In this document: in pieces, positions 22,656-30,587 of the stretch
How the letters are laid out: every line of letters begins with the position of its first letter
Position numbering within the stretch: position 1 is the stretch's first letter
IMG/VR virus record: IMGVR_UViG_3300028549_001550
Length of the DNA: 63,595 nt
Source: a virus
Direction: 5' to 3' (one strand)
Program-made: the position numbers and the translations under genes
Notes under the pieces: generated by a model
What the model was told of the DNA's origin: nothing
The model's input: the letters and a program-made list of their open reading frames with translations, nothing else
Database searches by the model: none

Positions 22656-23934
22656 AGAAGAAATCCAAGCGTCTGACGAGCAAAGGGCGGCGGTAAGGAT
22701 GGTTGATCAGCAAAAGATATCAATTCTCATTGGTGGCCCAGGGACAGGCAAGACCTTTACCACAAAATTGATCCTGGAATATGCCGACGATCGAAACTTA
22801 AAAGTCTTGATGGCTGCGCCAACTGGCAAGGCTGCAAAGAAAATGCAGGAGGCTACGGGCAGAAAAGCAACAACGATTCACGCCATGCTTGAATGTACGT
22901 TTGATTCCGGGCAATTCTCATTTAAACACAACGCTGAAAAACCGCTCCATGCAGACCTTATCATCCTTGATGAGGTTTCCATGGTTTCCTTAGATATAAT
23001 GGCTTCAGTCATGGCTGCAATCGACATCAAACAAACAAAACTGCTGTTAATTGGAGACCAGGACCAGTTGCCAAGTGTTGGGGCCGGGGCAGTATTAAGG
23101 GATATGTTGGCCTCTGCCCTGGTTCCCTTTACCTCACTCACGAAAACTTTCCGGTATTGTGGCGAGATAGTCCGTGTTTGCCACAAAATCAAAGTTGGAG
23201 AACTTTACAAGGCAAAGAAAAAACTGGACCTGGAAGCAGAGGACAAAATCAACCTTATACACATCGAGATGAGTACCCAGGCCAAGACCAGGGAGACGGT
23301 TCTTGATCTGGTTACCAGGGTCATACCAGGCAAGGGGTTTAATCCCATTGATGATATCCAGGTTCTTTCTCCAGTCAATGACTCCGGGGAGCTATCCTGC
23401 AAGGCCCTTAATGAAGCGCTCAGAGAAAAGTTAAACCCTTTGCCGGATACCAATTTTTTTGATCCAGGCGGGAATGATTGGACATATCACTTCAGGGTTG
23501 GGGACAGGGTGATCAATACCAAGAACCGGGCAGTAGATAAGACAGATGCGAGGGAAACAAACATCGTCAATGGTGACCTTGGTATTATAAAAAAGGTCAG
23601 CAAGAAGGAGATGGTAATTCTTTTTGCTGATCCTGATCGAGAGGTTATAATGAAACGGGAAAACAACACATTGCTCCATGCTTATTGCATCACTTGTCAT
23701 AAATTTCAAGGGAGCGAAGCACCTGTAATCATTATTCCCCTACACCGGCAATTCGATATGTTTCTTTCAAATGCCTGGATCTATACCGCCTTATCACGAG
23801 GCAAAAACATTGTAATCACGGTCGGGGCCTGGGCAACAATAGAAAAAGCTATCAAAAATCGACAGCCAAATAAGAGGTTTACCATGTTAACCGAAGAGAT
23901 TCTAAAAGCTGAGAATGACCTTTATGATATCTGA
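22639..23934 (+). CDS. RecD-like SF1 DNA helicase core (431 aa)
   Basis: Walker A is ILIGGPGTGKTFTT and Walker B is LIILDEVSMV. Further motifs are LIGDQDQLPSVGAGAVLRD, CHKFQGSEAPVIIIP and YTALSRGK. Confidence 0.88.
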   Translation: MSPTHEEEIQASDEQRAAVRMVDQQKISILIGGPGTGKTFTTKLILEYADDRNLKVLMAAPTGKAAKKMQEATGRKATTIHAMLECTFDSGQFSFKHNAEKPLHADLIILDEVSMVSLDIMASVMAAIDIKQTKLLLIGDQDQLPSVGAGAVLRDMLASALVPFTSLTKTFRYCGEIVRVCHKIKVGELYKAKKKLDLEAEDKINLIHIEMSTQAKTRETVLDLVTRVIPGKGFNPIDDIQVLSPVNDSGELSCKALNEALREKLNPLPDTNFFDPGGNDWTYHFRVGDRVINTKNRAVDKTDARETNIVNGDLGIIKKVSKKEMVILFADPDREVIMKRENNTLLHAYCITCHKFQGSEAPVIIIPLHRQFDMFLSNAWIYTALSRGKNIVITVGAWATIEKAIKNRQPNKRFTMLTEEILKAENDLYDI

Positions 23935-24424
23935 CCCATTCACCCTGATCATAGATACCAGGGAGCAAAAACCCGTCTTGTGGGACAAGGAAGGGGATCC
24001 CTGGTTTAAAGATATGTTTGTAAAAAATGGCACCCTTAAAACTGGCGATTATAGCATTGAAGGTATGGATAAGCCCGATTGTGAATACTCCATTTGCATA
24101 GAACGGAAAAGCCTACCAGACCTTTTTGGTTCAACGGGCCGGGGCCGGGGCAGGCTTAAAAAAGAGTTTGAAAGAATGGCTGGATATGATTATGCCGCAA
24201 TCGTGCTTGAAGCAGATTTGAATACGATTTTTAGGGATCCACCACCCATCACAGCAATGAAAGCCAAGGCGGTATATCGCACATTGATAGCTTTTTCATT
24301 GAGGTATGGGGTTCACGTCTGGCCATGTCCTAATCGGCATTTTGCGGAGAAACACATCTATCTTACCCTCCAAAGATTTTGGCAGGATAGGAGACCAGGA
24401 GGGGCGCTATGGGCAAAAAAATAA
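23915..24424 (+). CDS. ERCC4-type (XPF/Mus81-like) nuclease
   Basis: IIDTREQKP...TGDYSIEG...ICIERKSLPDLFGS shows the GDx(n)ERKxxxD signature. An alternative ATG lies at 23924. Confidence 0.65.
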   Translation: MTFMISDPFTLIIDTREQKPVLWDKEGDPWFKDMFVKNGTLKTGDYSIEGMDKPDCEYSICIERKSLPDLFGSTGRGRGRLKKEFERMAGYDYAAIVLEADLNTIFRDPPPITAMKAKAVYRTLIAFSLRYGVHVWPCPNRHFAEKHIYLTLQRFWQDRRPGGALWAKK

Positions 24425-26034
24425 AGGATGAAACGAAAGAAGAAACAGACGAGCGATTAGAAAGAGAGATGATTGAAGGGTTCCGGGCTACGCACAAAAA
24501 AAGAACACCGGGGCAAAAAGTAAGCAGCTATAAGGCCAGAGATAAAGACAGTCAGAAAATCCTTGAATGCCTGAACAGCAATGAAACCGGGGATGCTTAC
24601 CTGTTTGTGAAACTCAATTACAATAAGTTCATTTACGATAAAAGCTCTAGCGAATGGTATTACTGGACAGGCCACTTTTGGAAAAGAGATATAGCCGAGC
24701 AGGTACGGGCCTCCTGCACAGAGGTTGTGGACCTGTACGGGCAGGAGATGGTTGATGAACAGATTACGCTTGCCCAGGCTACGGGCCTTGAGGATAAAGA
24801 GCAGATAAAAAAAAGCAACTATCTTATCAAGGCTTTAAAAACTCGAATCTTTGAACTACAAGGGTTACACCGTCAAAGCAACGTTTTAAAAATGGTGGTC
24901 TTTGGTAAAAATGCCTTGTGGTGTGACGGTAATAATTGGGATGCCGATCCCTGGTTGCTTGGATGTCAAAATGGGGTACTCAATCTAAAAACCGGGAAAT
25001 TCAGGGATGGTCGTCAAAAAGATTGGATAAAAACCCCCTGCGCCGTGGCCTGGGAAGGTGCAGACGCTCCCAGGAAAGCCTGGGAAAAGTTTATCTTTGA
25101 TATCATGTGCCATAACGAGCTTGACTTAGAAGGGCTGGAGATGGTCGAATTTCTTCAAAAGCTCTTTGGTTACTCAATCCTGGGTCTATCTACGGAACAT
25201 ATCCACCCTATCTGCTACGGGCCAGACGGCAGGAACGGCAAGTCAACATTGTTCGAAGTGATCAAGAAGGTTCTCGGTGATCTGGCACACAAGGCCCCAA
25301 CAAAGTTCTTGATGCAGACCATGGCCCCTGGAGCTTCAGGGCACGAAACGGATGTTGTAGCACTCAAGGGTAAAAGAGTGATCTGGTGTTCAGAGTCAAA
25401 TGATGGAGACAAGATGGATAGCGCAAAGCTCAAGGAGCTGACCGGGGGGGACACTCTTAACGCCAGGGGAGCATACTGCAAGCTGGCTGTATCCTGGGAA
25501 CCTACCCACACTCTTTTCATTCACACCAACAAAATAGTCCGGGCACCGGCAAACGATCCGGCATTATGGCAACGGTTAATGATGATTCGGTTCCCATTTT
25601 CGTTTCAGTGGGAACCCATTCCAGGCACAAACCAAAAGCTCAGGAGTGCTACACAAAAGGATGAACTCCATGCCGAACTCCCAGGGATACTGGCGTGGTT
25701 GGTCCAGGGCTGTAAGATGTGGCAAGACGATGGCTGTCACCTCGACCCACCCGAATGCGTAAAGGCTGCCACAAGGCAGTATCGAAAAGACGAGGACATT
25801 GTGGGCCACTTTATCGAAACTTGCATTATCAAAGGCGATAAAGATGATCCTGCATTCCGCTCTTCAACAAAGGCCATTTATTCCACGTACAAAGAATGGT
25901 GCCTGGAGAATGGCCACAAGCCCATGGCAAAGAACAGGTTATTCAAGGATCTGGAGGACAAATTCCCCAAAATAAAGTCTTATGGATATTATCATTTTGC
26001 GGGTGCCCTTTTAATCGACGATTGGAACAAATAA
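24409..26034 (+). CDS. D5/P4-family SF3 helicase (primase-associated NTPase)
   Basis: The D5_N-like stretch is DPWLLGCQNGVLNLKTGKFRDGRQKDWIK and the Walker A is ICYGPDGRNGKSTLFEVI. The length and C-terminal wHTH-like tail are typical of the P4 alpha / poxvirus D5 family. Confidence 0.85.
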   Translation: MGKKIKDETKEETDERLEREMIEGFRATHKKRTPGQKVSSYKARDKDSQKILECLNSNETGDAYLFVKLNYNKFIYDKSSSEWYYWTGHFWKRDIAEQVRASCTEVVDLYGQEMVDEQITLAQATGLEDKEQIKKSNYLIKALKTRIFELQGLHRQSNVLKMVVFGKNALWCDGNNWDADPWLLGCQNGVLNLKTGKFRDGRQKDWIKTPCAVAWEGADAPRKAWEKFIFDIMCHNELDLEGLEMVEFLQKLFGYSILGLSTEHIHPICYGPDGRNGKSTLFEVIKKVLGDLAHKAPTKFLMQTMAPGASGHETDVVALKGKRVIWCSESNDGDKMDSAKLKELTGGDTLNARGAYCKLAVSWEPTHTLFIHTNKIVRAPANDPALWQRLMMIRFPFSFQWEPIPGTNQKLRSATQKDELHAELPGILAWLVQGCKMWQDDGCHLDPPECVKAATRQYRKDEDIVGHFIETCIIKGDKDDPAFRSSTKAIYSTYKEWCLENGHKPMAKNRLFKDLEDKFPKIKSYGYYHFAGALLIDDWNK

Positions 26035-26073
26035 TTTACCTTTTCGGGGTATTTTGGAGCTTTTGGGGGGTGC

Positions 26074-26392
26074 AAATTGCCCTGCAAAGGCTTCAAAAGC
26101 CCTGGTAAATCACTAAATGCCCTGGCTTTTACCCTGAAAATAGAAATAACGATTGAATAAAAACAGATACTTATCTATTTCCAGGGCATTAGGGCATCTA
26201 AAAGGGCCTATCTTTCCATTTTGGGTATGTTTTTATACCTTATACACGTATTACGTCATATGAGAAAGAATGGGCAAACGAAATGCCCAAATGCCCTGGC
26301 GGTGGTTTATCTGTAATGAAATCAAGAGGTTGTCCAGGGTAAACAAAAGGCCCCAAAAGGCCCTAAATGCCCTGGACAAATGCCCTGGACCA
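26074..26392. repeat. Iteron array (candidate origin of replication) between the SF3 helicase and primase genes
   Basis: AAATGCCCTGG occurs perfectly at 26115-25, 26289-99, 26365-75 and 26378-88. Near-copies are AAATTGCCCTG 26074-84, AAAAGCCCTGG 26095-105 and AAATGCCC 26281-88. An inverted copy CCAGGGCATT lies at 26181-90. Confidence 0.7.
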
Positions 26393-26413
26393 CCCAAAAA
26401 GAAAGGTTGAACG

Positions 26414-27766
26414 ATGTTAGACATATTGCAACTATGCGAAGATACAGGCAATTCCTACAAAAAGGTCACAAATGCCGAATTTCAAGGCCCTTGCCCGTAT
26501 TGTGGAGGTAATGACAGGTTTTCTATTATTCTTGCTAAGGATCACTTTGTTTGCCGGTCCTGCAAAAAGGCAGGGGACTCGATGTTTTTCCAGATGGACT
26601 ATCATCAGATGGGCTACCTGGATGCTTGTGTCTCCCTGGGCCGGGATCCCAACATAAAATATAAATCCCTGAATATTCACAATGGGCCTTATCATTCTGC
26701 CTTGGTTCCCTGGGTGCCTCGTCAAATAACCTTGCCGCCCAAAGCCTGGCAGGAAAAAGCCGGGATCATTTTGATGAACGCCTATAAATATCTTTTGTCC
26801 GGGGCCGGGAAGGGCCATAGGGAATGGTTGAACGCCAGGGGTATATCAAACGCAACGATAAAACAGGCCAGGTTTGGTTGGATCACAAGGTCATTAACGT
26901 TTGATCGTAAGGCCTGGGGCTTGGATGCCACAAATGAAGACGGCACGAGTAAAAAGGATGTCTGGCTTCCTGAAGGGTTGATAATCCCTTATTTTCAAGG
27001 GAATCTGCCAGTGAGGTTAAGAATCCGGCAAAGCAAACCCATAGGAACTGATAGATATATCATCGTGGGTGGTTCCAGTACCGGATTCCTCGTTCACAGC
27101 AAACACGCAGGTGGTGATATCAACCCGTCCTTAAAAACGCTTGTATGCGAGTCTGAGCTTGACGGATGGCTGTTACATCAAGAAATAGGTGATCTGATCA
27201 ATATCATGTCGATTGGCAGTGCTCAGACAAGGCCTGGTGATGATATTGCTTCTGTCCTGGCTGGTCCTGCCCTGGTCACGCTCCTGGATAACGATTTGGC
27301 CGGGATCACTGAGCAAAAATGGTGGTCAAAGCAATACCCAGGATGTAAAAACTGGTTGATGCCAGCCGGGAAGGATCCGGGGGAGGGGTTCGCCCTGGGA
27401 GTCAATATCAGAGCCTGGTTCCTGAAAAAAGCAGGGTCCGTTGCAGACCTTTCGACAAAACTGGATCAAAACGTATGGGTACCTGAGTCAAAACCCGTCC
27501 TCCCTGCCACGGTGTCCTTTGCTCCTCCAGTGTCAAAACCCATACAGAAGCCAGCACAGAAAATGCCGACATCAAGAAGCCTGTGCAGACATAATAGGCC
27601 CTGCCTGAGTTTCAACAGTGAAACCTGTCTCGTTGCTAAGACAAATGTTTACAATATGGAAAAATGCCCTAAGGATCAATGGTACCTGCATCACGACAAC
27701 GAATATATTTCAACAATCGTTTTGGGATTTGAGTACGGGAAAAAGAGAAGACAGAAGAGGGAATAA
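26414..27766 (+). CDS. DNA primase (CHC2-type zinc finger plus Toprim)
   Basis: The zinc finger reads CPYCGGNDRFSI...FVCRSCKKAGD. The Toprim acidic residues appear in LVCESELDGWLL and TLLDNDLAG. Confidence 0.75.
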   Translation: MLDILQLCEDTGNSYKKVTNAEFQGPCPYCGGNDRFSIILAKDHFVCRSCKKAGDSMFFQMDYHQMGYLDACVSLGRDPNIKYKSLNIHNGPYHSALVPWVPRQITLPPKAWQEKAGIILMNAYKYLLSGAGKGHREWLNARGISNATIKQARFGWITRSLTFDRKAWGLDATNEDGTSKKDVWLPEGLIIPYFQGNLPVRLRIRQSKPIGTDRYIIVGGSSTGFLVHSKHAGGDINPSLKTLVCESELDGWLLHQEIGDLINIMSIGSAQTRPGDDIASVLAGPALVTLLDNDLAGITEQKWWSKQYPGCKNWLMPAGKDPGEGFALGVNIRAWFLKKAGSVADLSTKLDQNVWVPESKPVLPATVSFAPPVSKPIQKPAQKMPTSRSLCRHNRPCLSFNSETCLVAKTNVYNMEKCPKDQWYLHHDNEYISTIVLGFEYGKKRRQKRE

Positions 27767-27888
27767 GGGGGATTTGTCGAACCAACTCGGTGTGCAACCA
27801 CCGAGCCGGTTCCTAAACAAAAAACAGTTCCAATGAGCCGCTAAAGACAACAGGAAATGTTTATAAAAGCCAAAAACTTTATATAAGA

Positions 27889-27931
27889 TTTATTGTCAAC
27901 TATCAAGTAATCTTTGACAGTTGACAATAAA
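27889..27931. promoter_or_regulatory. Perfect 12-bp inverted repeat at the convergence of the replication operon and the leftward small-gene operon
   Basis: TTTATTGTCAAC (27889-900) and GTTGACAATAAA (27920-31) flank a 19-nt loop. It could be a hairpin/terminator or a protein-binding palindrome. Confidence 0.4.
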
Positions 27932-27940
27932 TAGCATGGG

Positions 27941-28075
27941 CTATCTCTTTTTTAATACTGATTTGATAATAGCAACATGAACAGCTGTCATGCGCTTGCT
28001 TGGGCTTTTAGCACAACCTTTTAACCAAGTTGTGCTTTGATCCTTTACCGCTTTTCTGTAGTCTTTATATGTCAT
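27941..28075 (-). CDS. Possible small ORF (44 aa), last gene of the leftward operon
   Basis: Hand translation gives MTYKDYRKAVKDQSTTWLKGCAKSPSKRMTAVHVAIIKSVLKKR. The ATG lies 2 nt after the upstream stop. It is below the 60-aa cutoff of the track. Confidence 0.3.
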   Translation of the reverse strand: MTYKDYRKAVKDQSTTWLKGCAKSPSKRMTAVHVAIIKSVLKKR

Positions 28076-28077
28076 CT

Positions 28078-28278
28078 TCAATCCTTTATCTCAAAATGTG
28101 AGCCTTCAATGATCAGGCAGCAACCTTTATCAATAACCTGCAAACCCATTGCTCCCTGCAAACTGTTTTCGAATGCTGTCCTCTTCCCTATGTATTGGGG
28201 GTAATCCTGGTTCGTCCATACGCTCCGGTAGTCTTTGTGAATGGAATTATACTGCCTGGTGGTTAACTGGTACATCAT
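28078..28278 (-). CDS. Hypothetical small protein (66 aa)
   Basis: The ORF sits in a packed co-directional operon. No family recognised. Confidence 0.5.
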   Translation of the reverse strand: MMYQLTTRQYNSIHKDYRSVWTNQDYPQYIGKRTAFENSLQGAMGLQVIDKGCCLIIEGSHFEIKD

Positions 28279-28480
28279 TCCCCCCCTTTAAAAAATCCAC
28301 ATCTGATCCGCTATTATAGGTGACGTAACCCTGCCCATGGTACATAAAAGACACCTTCATATCTCCGACAGGGTACGTCTCACACTCCATATCCACAAAT
28401 TCCCCATCTCGCCTGTGCCAATCCGTAACAGCAACGAACATCCCCACATCTTTTGTTTCCATTGCCTTGTCAATATCCAT
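28247..28480 (-). CDS. Hypothetical small acidic protein (77 aa)
   Basis: Its start is adjacent to the upstream stop (28482). No family recognised. Confidence 0.5.
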   Translation of the reverse strand: MDIDKAMETKDVGMFVAVTDWHRRDGEFVDMECETYPVGDMKVSFMYHGQGYVTYNSGSDVDFLKGGNDVPVNHQAV

Positions 28481-28481
28481 G

Positions 28482-28664
28482 TCAAGCTCCTATGTGATCC
28501 ATGTAAAATTTAAGAGCCGTTTCGATAGCCTGGCTCTTGTGTTTCTGTTGGTTTAGCCAATCTGCTACATGAGGGCTAACCCTGGCAGCCACATATATTT
28601 TTTTATCCGGGATCGTGGTTCCAGCCGGTCTACCTGCTCCTTTCCGTTTTCCGCCGCTTGACAT
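28482..28664 (-). CDS. Small basic protein (60 aa), possible DNA binder
   Basis: The sequence is MSSGGKRKGAGRPAGTTIPDKKIYVAARVSPHVADWLNQQKHKSQAIETALKFYMDHIGA. It has an AT-hook-like GRP motif and an RHH-like tail. Met at 28664 follows the upstream stop directly, whereas the longer track ORF would overlap the upstream gene by 131 nt. Confidence 0.45.
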   Translation of the reverse strand: MSSGGKRKGAGRPAGTTIPDKKIYVAARVSPHVADWLNQQKHKSQAIETALKFYMDHIGA

Positions 28665-28665
28665 A

Positions 28666-28971
28666 TTACACCCAATACCCACAACCCCTAAAATCCTCGG
28701 GGTGGCCGGTTGCGTCAATTTCATCATCATTTTTTGGTATGGGATAGTTTTCGCCATACCTATTAATGAGCCGTTGAATCTTTTCCCTATGCGCAAGATT
28801 CTCCTGGAATATCTTTTCGCAGCATTTTTCTTTCCAGGTTTCAGGGGTATCAGACATTAGCATATCTACAGCGCTGAATCCCTCATCTGTTTCTTGATTA
28901 AATATCTCCTCAACACCTTTTGTTGTACAGGCGTGAATAGCTACCTTTAGAGCGTTTTTGAGTGTTCTCAT
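28666..28971 (-). CDS. Hypothetical acidic protein (101 aa)
   Basis: The ORF is in the operon. No family recognised. Confidence 0.5.
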   Translation of the reverse strand: MRTLKNALKVAIHACTTKGVEEIFNQETDEGFSAVDMLMSDTPETWKEKCCEKIFQENLAHREKIQRLINRYGENYPIPKNDDEIDATGHPEDFRGCGYWV

Positions 28972-28995
28972 GATGTTTATCCTTTTATCATTATT

Positions 28996-29011
28996 GCCCC
29001 GTTTCCGGGGC
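28996..29011 (-). repeat. Intercistronic GC hairpin (variant copy)
   Basis: GCCCCG-tttc-CGGGGC lies between the 29019 and 28971 genes. Confidence 0.6.
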
Positions 29012-29018
29012 TGGTTGG

Positions 29019-29273
29019 TTATCTATTGTAAAGACCAGGGCCATCTTCAACCACTTTGTATCCACACCCGAGAGATTCTACAATGGATAGACCATCAAGC
29101 GAAGGTTCATATATTCTTGCCCTTTCAGCCTGTCCATATTTTTTTAGATCCTGGACAAGTTCTTCTTCTGTTTCAAAATCAGTCCCCAATACGGTGAAAC
29201 CATCACCGTTTGCCCACATTAACACTGGAACGGATCTTTCTGGAAATTCTATAGTTGCAATTAGTGTTGCCAT
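29019..29273 (-). CDS. Hypothetical acidic protein (84 aa)
   Basis: AAGGAGA lies upstream on the minus strand. No family recognised. Confidence 0.55.
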   Translation of the reverse strand: MATLIATIEFPERSVPVLMWANGDGFTVLGTDFETEEELVQDLKKYGQAERARIYEPSLDGLSIVESLGCGYKVVEDGPGLYNR

Positions 29274-29300
29274 GGTCTTATCTCCTTTATGTCTGGTTAT

Positions 29301-29318
29301 GCCCCGATTGCTCGGGGC
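29301..29318 (-). repeat. Intercistronic GC hairpin repeat (copy 1)
   Basis: GCCCCGA-ttgc-TCGGGGC is embedded in an imperfect ~50-bp repeat spanning the RBS region, the hairpin and the TTTGGGTTA flank, about 29280-29331, shared with 29561-29609. Confidence 0.75.
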
Positions 29319-29324
29319 TTTGGG

Positions 29325-29558
29325 TTACGCTTCCAATTTTTGCAGGTATAATTTCCACCACCTTTTACAGATGGTGGAAAATTCTTTCATATCATCACCA
29401 TGATATGAAATCGTTGATCCCATGGTTGAGCCACCCTTACAAATCTGTTCTCCAAGCGTTCCAGGCTTCCCATTAAGATCAACAAATATGTACGATTTGC
29501 CAGGGATTGAGAACTCTATTTCTTTGCCGAGCTTTTTTGAGTTTATCGTGAATTTCAT
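29325..29558 (-). CDS. Hypothetical protein (77 aa)
   Basis: The ORF is in the operon with AAGGAGA upstream. No family recognised. Confidence 0.55.
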   Translation of the reverse strand: MKFTINSKKLGKEIEFSIPGKSYIFVDLNGKPGTLGEQICKGGSTMGSTISYHGDDMKEFSTICKRWWKLYLQKLEA

Positions 29559-29578
29559 GATCTTATCTCCTTTGTTAT

Positions 29579-29596
29579 GCCCCGATTGCTCGGGGC
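29579..29596 (-). repeat. Intercistronic GC hairpin repeat (copy 2)
   Basis: The 18-nt hairpin gccccgattgctcggggc is identical to the one at 29301-29318. Confidence 0.75.
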
Positions 29597-29604
29597 AGTT
29601 TGGG

Positions 29605-29853
29605 TTATAATCCTAAAACGTCTATCGCTTTAGTTTTTGAAAACTTGCTATATTTTTTACAACCATCTTTCAAAAGATAAAAATTAACTTTACCCCATGA
29701 ACTGCCTGAATGTCTGCTACTTGCATATGAAATGCTGCAAGCTATAGCGTCTCCATTGTCTAAAATTGTGGTTGCTGTTCCTTTTTTCAATATATGATGG
29801 CTTGCTGCTTCTTCTGCTTGTTCTATTAATTTTGTTACCGTTACTTTTTCCAT
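29605..29853 (-). CDS. Hypothetical protein (82 aa from ATG 29853; the track ORF starts at GTG 29892)
   Basis: AAGGA lies 8 nt upstream of ATG 29853 (MEKVTVTKLIEQ...). No family recognised. Confidence 0.5.
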   Translation of the reverse strand: MEKVTVTKLIEQAEEAASHHILKKGTATTILDNGDAIACSISYASSRHSGSSWGKVNFYLLKDGCKKYSKFSKTKAIDVLGL

Positions 29854-29984
29854 TTTGATATCCTTGGTTGGTGGTTTGTTTTTTTCTCTCACTCTTTAGA
29901 TACAAAATAAGCCCATTTTGATTAAATGTCAAACAAATAATCAAAACAGGCTCATTTTTTATAATTTATATTTAAATACTTAAT

Positions 29985-30152
29985 TTACATAGATAACCCT
30001 ACAATGAGCATAGCATACCCAAAAACAGCGATCCCTGCCAACTTGACACAATCCCTTGCGAAACCTTCGTAAGATTCCTCCTTTATGTCTGAGACAACAC
30101 CGTAAATCAAAACCTGGCTGGCGAGAGTTATCCTCTTGAGTTTACATTTCAT
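29985..30152 (-). CDS. Possible small membrane protein (55 aa)
   Basis: Hand translation gives MKCKLKRITLASQVLIYGVVSDIKEESYEGFARDCVKLAGIAVFGYAMLIVGLSM. GGAG lies 8 nt upstream and the C-terminus is a TM segment. It is below the track cutoff. Confidence 0.35.
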   Translation of the reverse strand: MKCKLKRITLASQVLIYGVVSDIKEESYEGFARDCVKLAGIAVFGYAMLIVGLSM

Positions 30153-30163
30153 GATCCAATCTC

Positions 30164-30403
30164 CTATAAAAAAAATGTGCCGACAAAGTAAGTTTCGTTA
30201 TCGTCCAAACCCTCGTACTCCACGCAATCGAATGTGCAGGAGGATATCCTTGCCGGTTTGTTCTCCTGGTCCTCATACTCCTCTGTACGCCGTGCCATCC
30301 TGAAGTTTTTGCCCTTGAGCATCTTTTCTGCTCTCTCAAGATAGTAGCTACGTGTGTCTAAATCCCTTTTTGCGGCTTCCCTGGTCGATACTTGTTTTGC
30401 CAT
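30164..30403 (-). CDS. Hypothetical protein (79 aa), first gene of the leftward small-gene operon
   Basis: GGAGAC lies upstream. No family recognised. Confidence 0.55.
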   Translation of the reverse strand: MAKQVSTREAAKRDLDTRSYYLERAEKMLKGKNFRMARRTEEYEDQENKPARISSCTFDCVEYEGLDDNETYFVGTFFL

Positions 30404-30472
30404 TTGAAGTGTCTCCGTTTGTTTTTTGGTGCGTTATTTCTGGACTCCTTGGTGCTACAGCAAAAAGCTACT

Positions 30473-30511
30473 ATAACTTAAAGTAATAGTCAATACTTAA
30501 AGTGATATAAT
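30473..30511. promoter_or_regulatory. Two operator-like copies of the immunity-region palindrome plus a TATAAT box in the divergent 30.4-30.6 kb control region
   Basis: ATAACTTAAAGTAAT (30473-87) matches O1 at 14/15. AATACTTAAAGTGAT (30492-506) matches at 12/15. TATAAT lies at 30506-11. Confidence 0.5.
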
Positions 30512-30587
30512 TTGTAATTTTTATTGCATAATATTGAAAATATATATATGAAAGAGTTATATATATAACTAATTTGGAGCATTGAGT

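Noticed and set aside
26074-26392. A CRISPR array
   Set aside because: The repeats are only 11 bp, irregularly spaced (2 to about 160 bp), partly inverted, and there are no cas genes. An iteron array fits better.
26251-26451. A 66-aa minus-strand ORF in the helicase-primase gap
   Set aside because: It is built from the iteron repeats, overlaps the primase start, and has no RBS.
28665-28796. The long form (104 aa) of the 28482..28796 minus-strand ORF
   Set aside because: It overlaps the upstream gene by 131 nt. An internal Met at 28664 follows that gene's stop directly.
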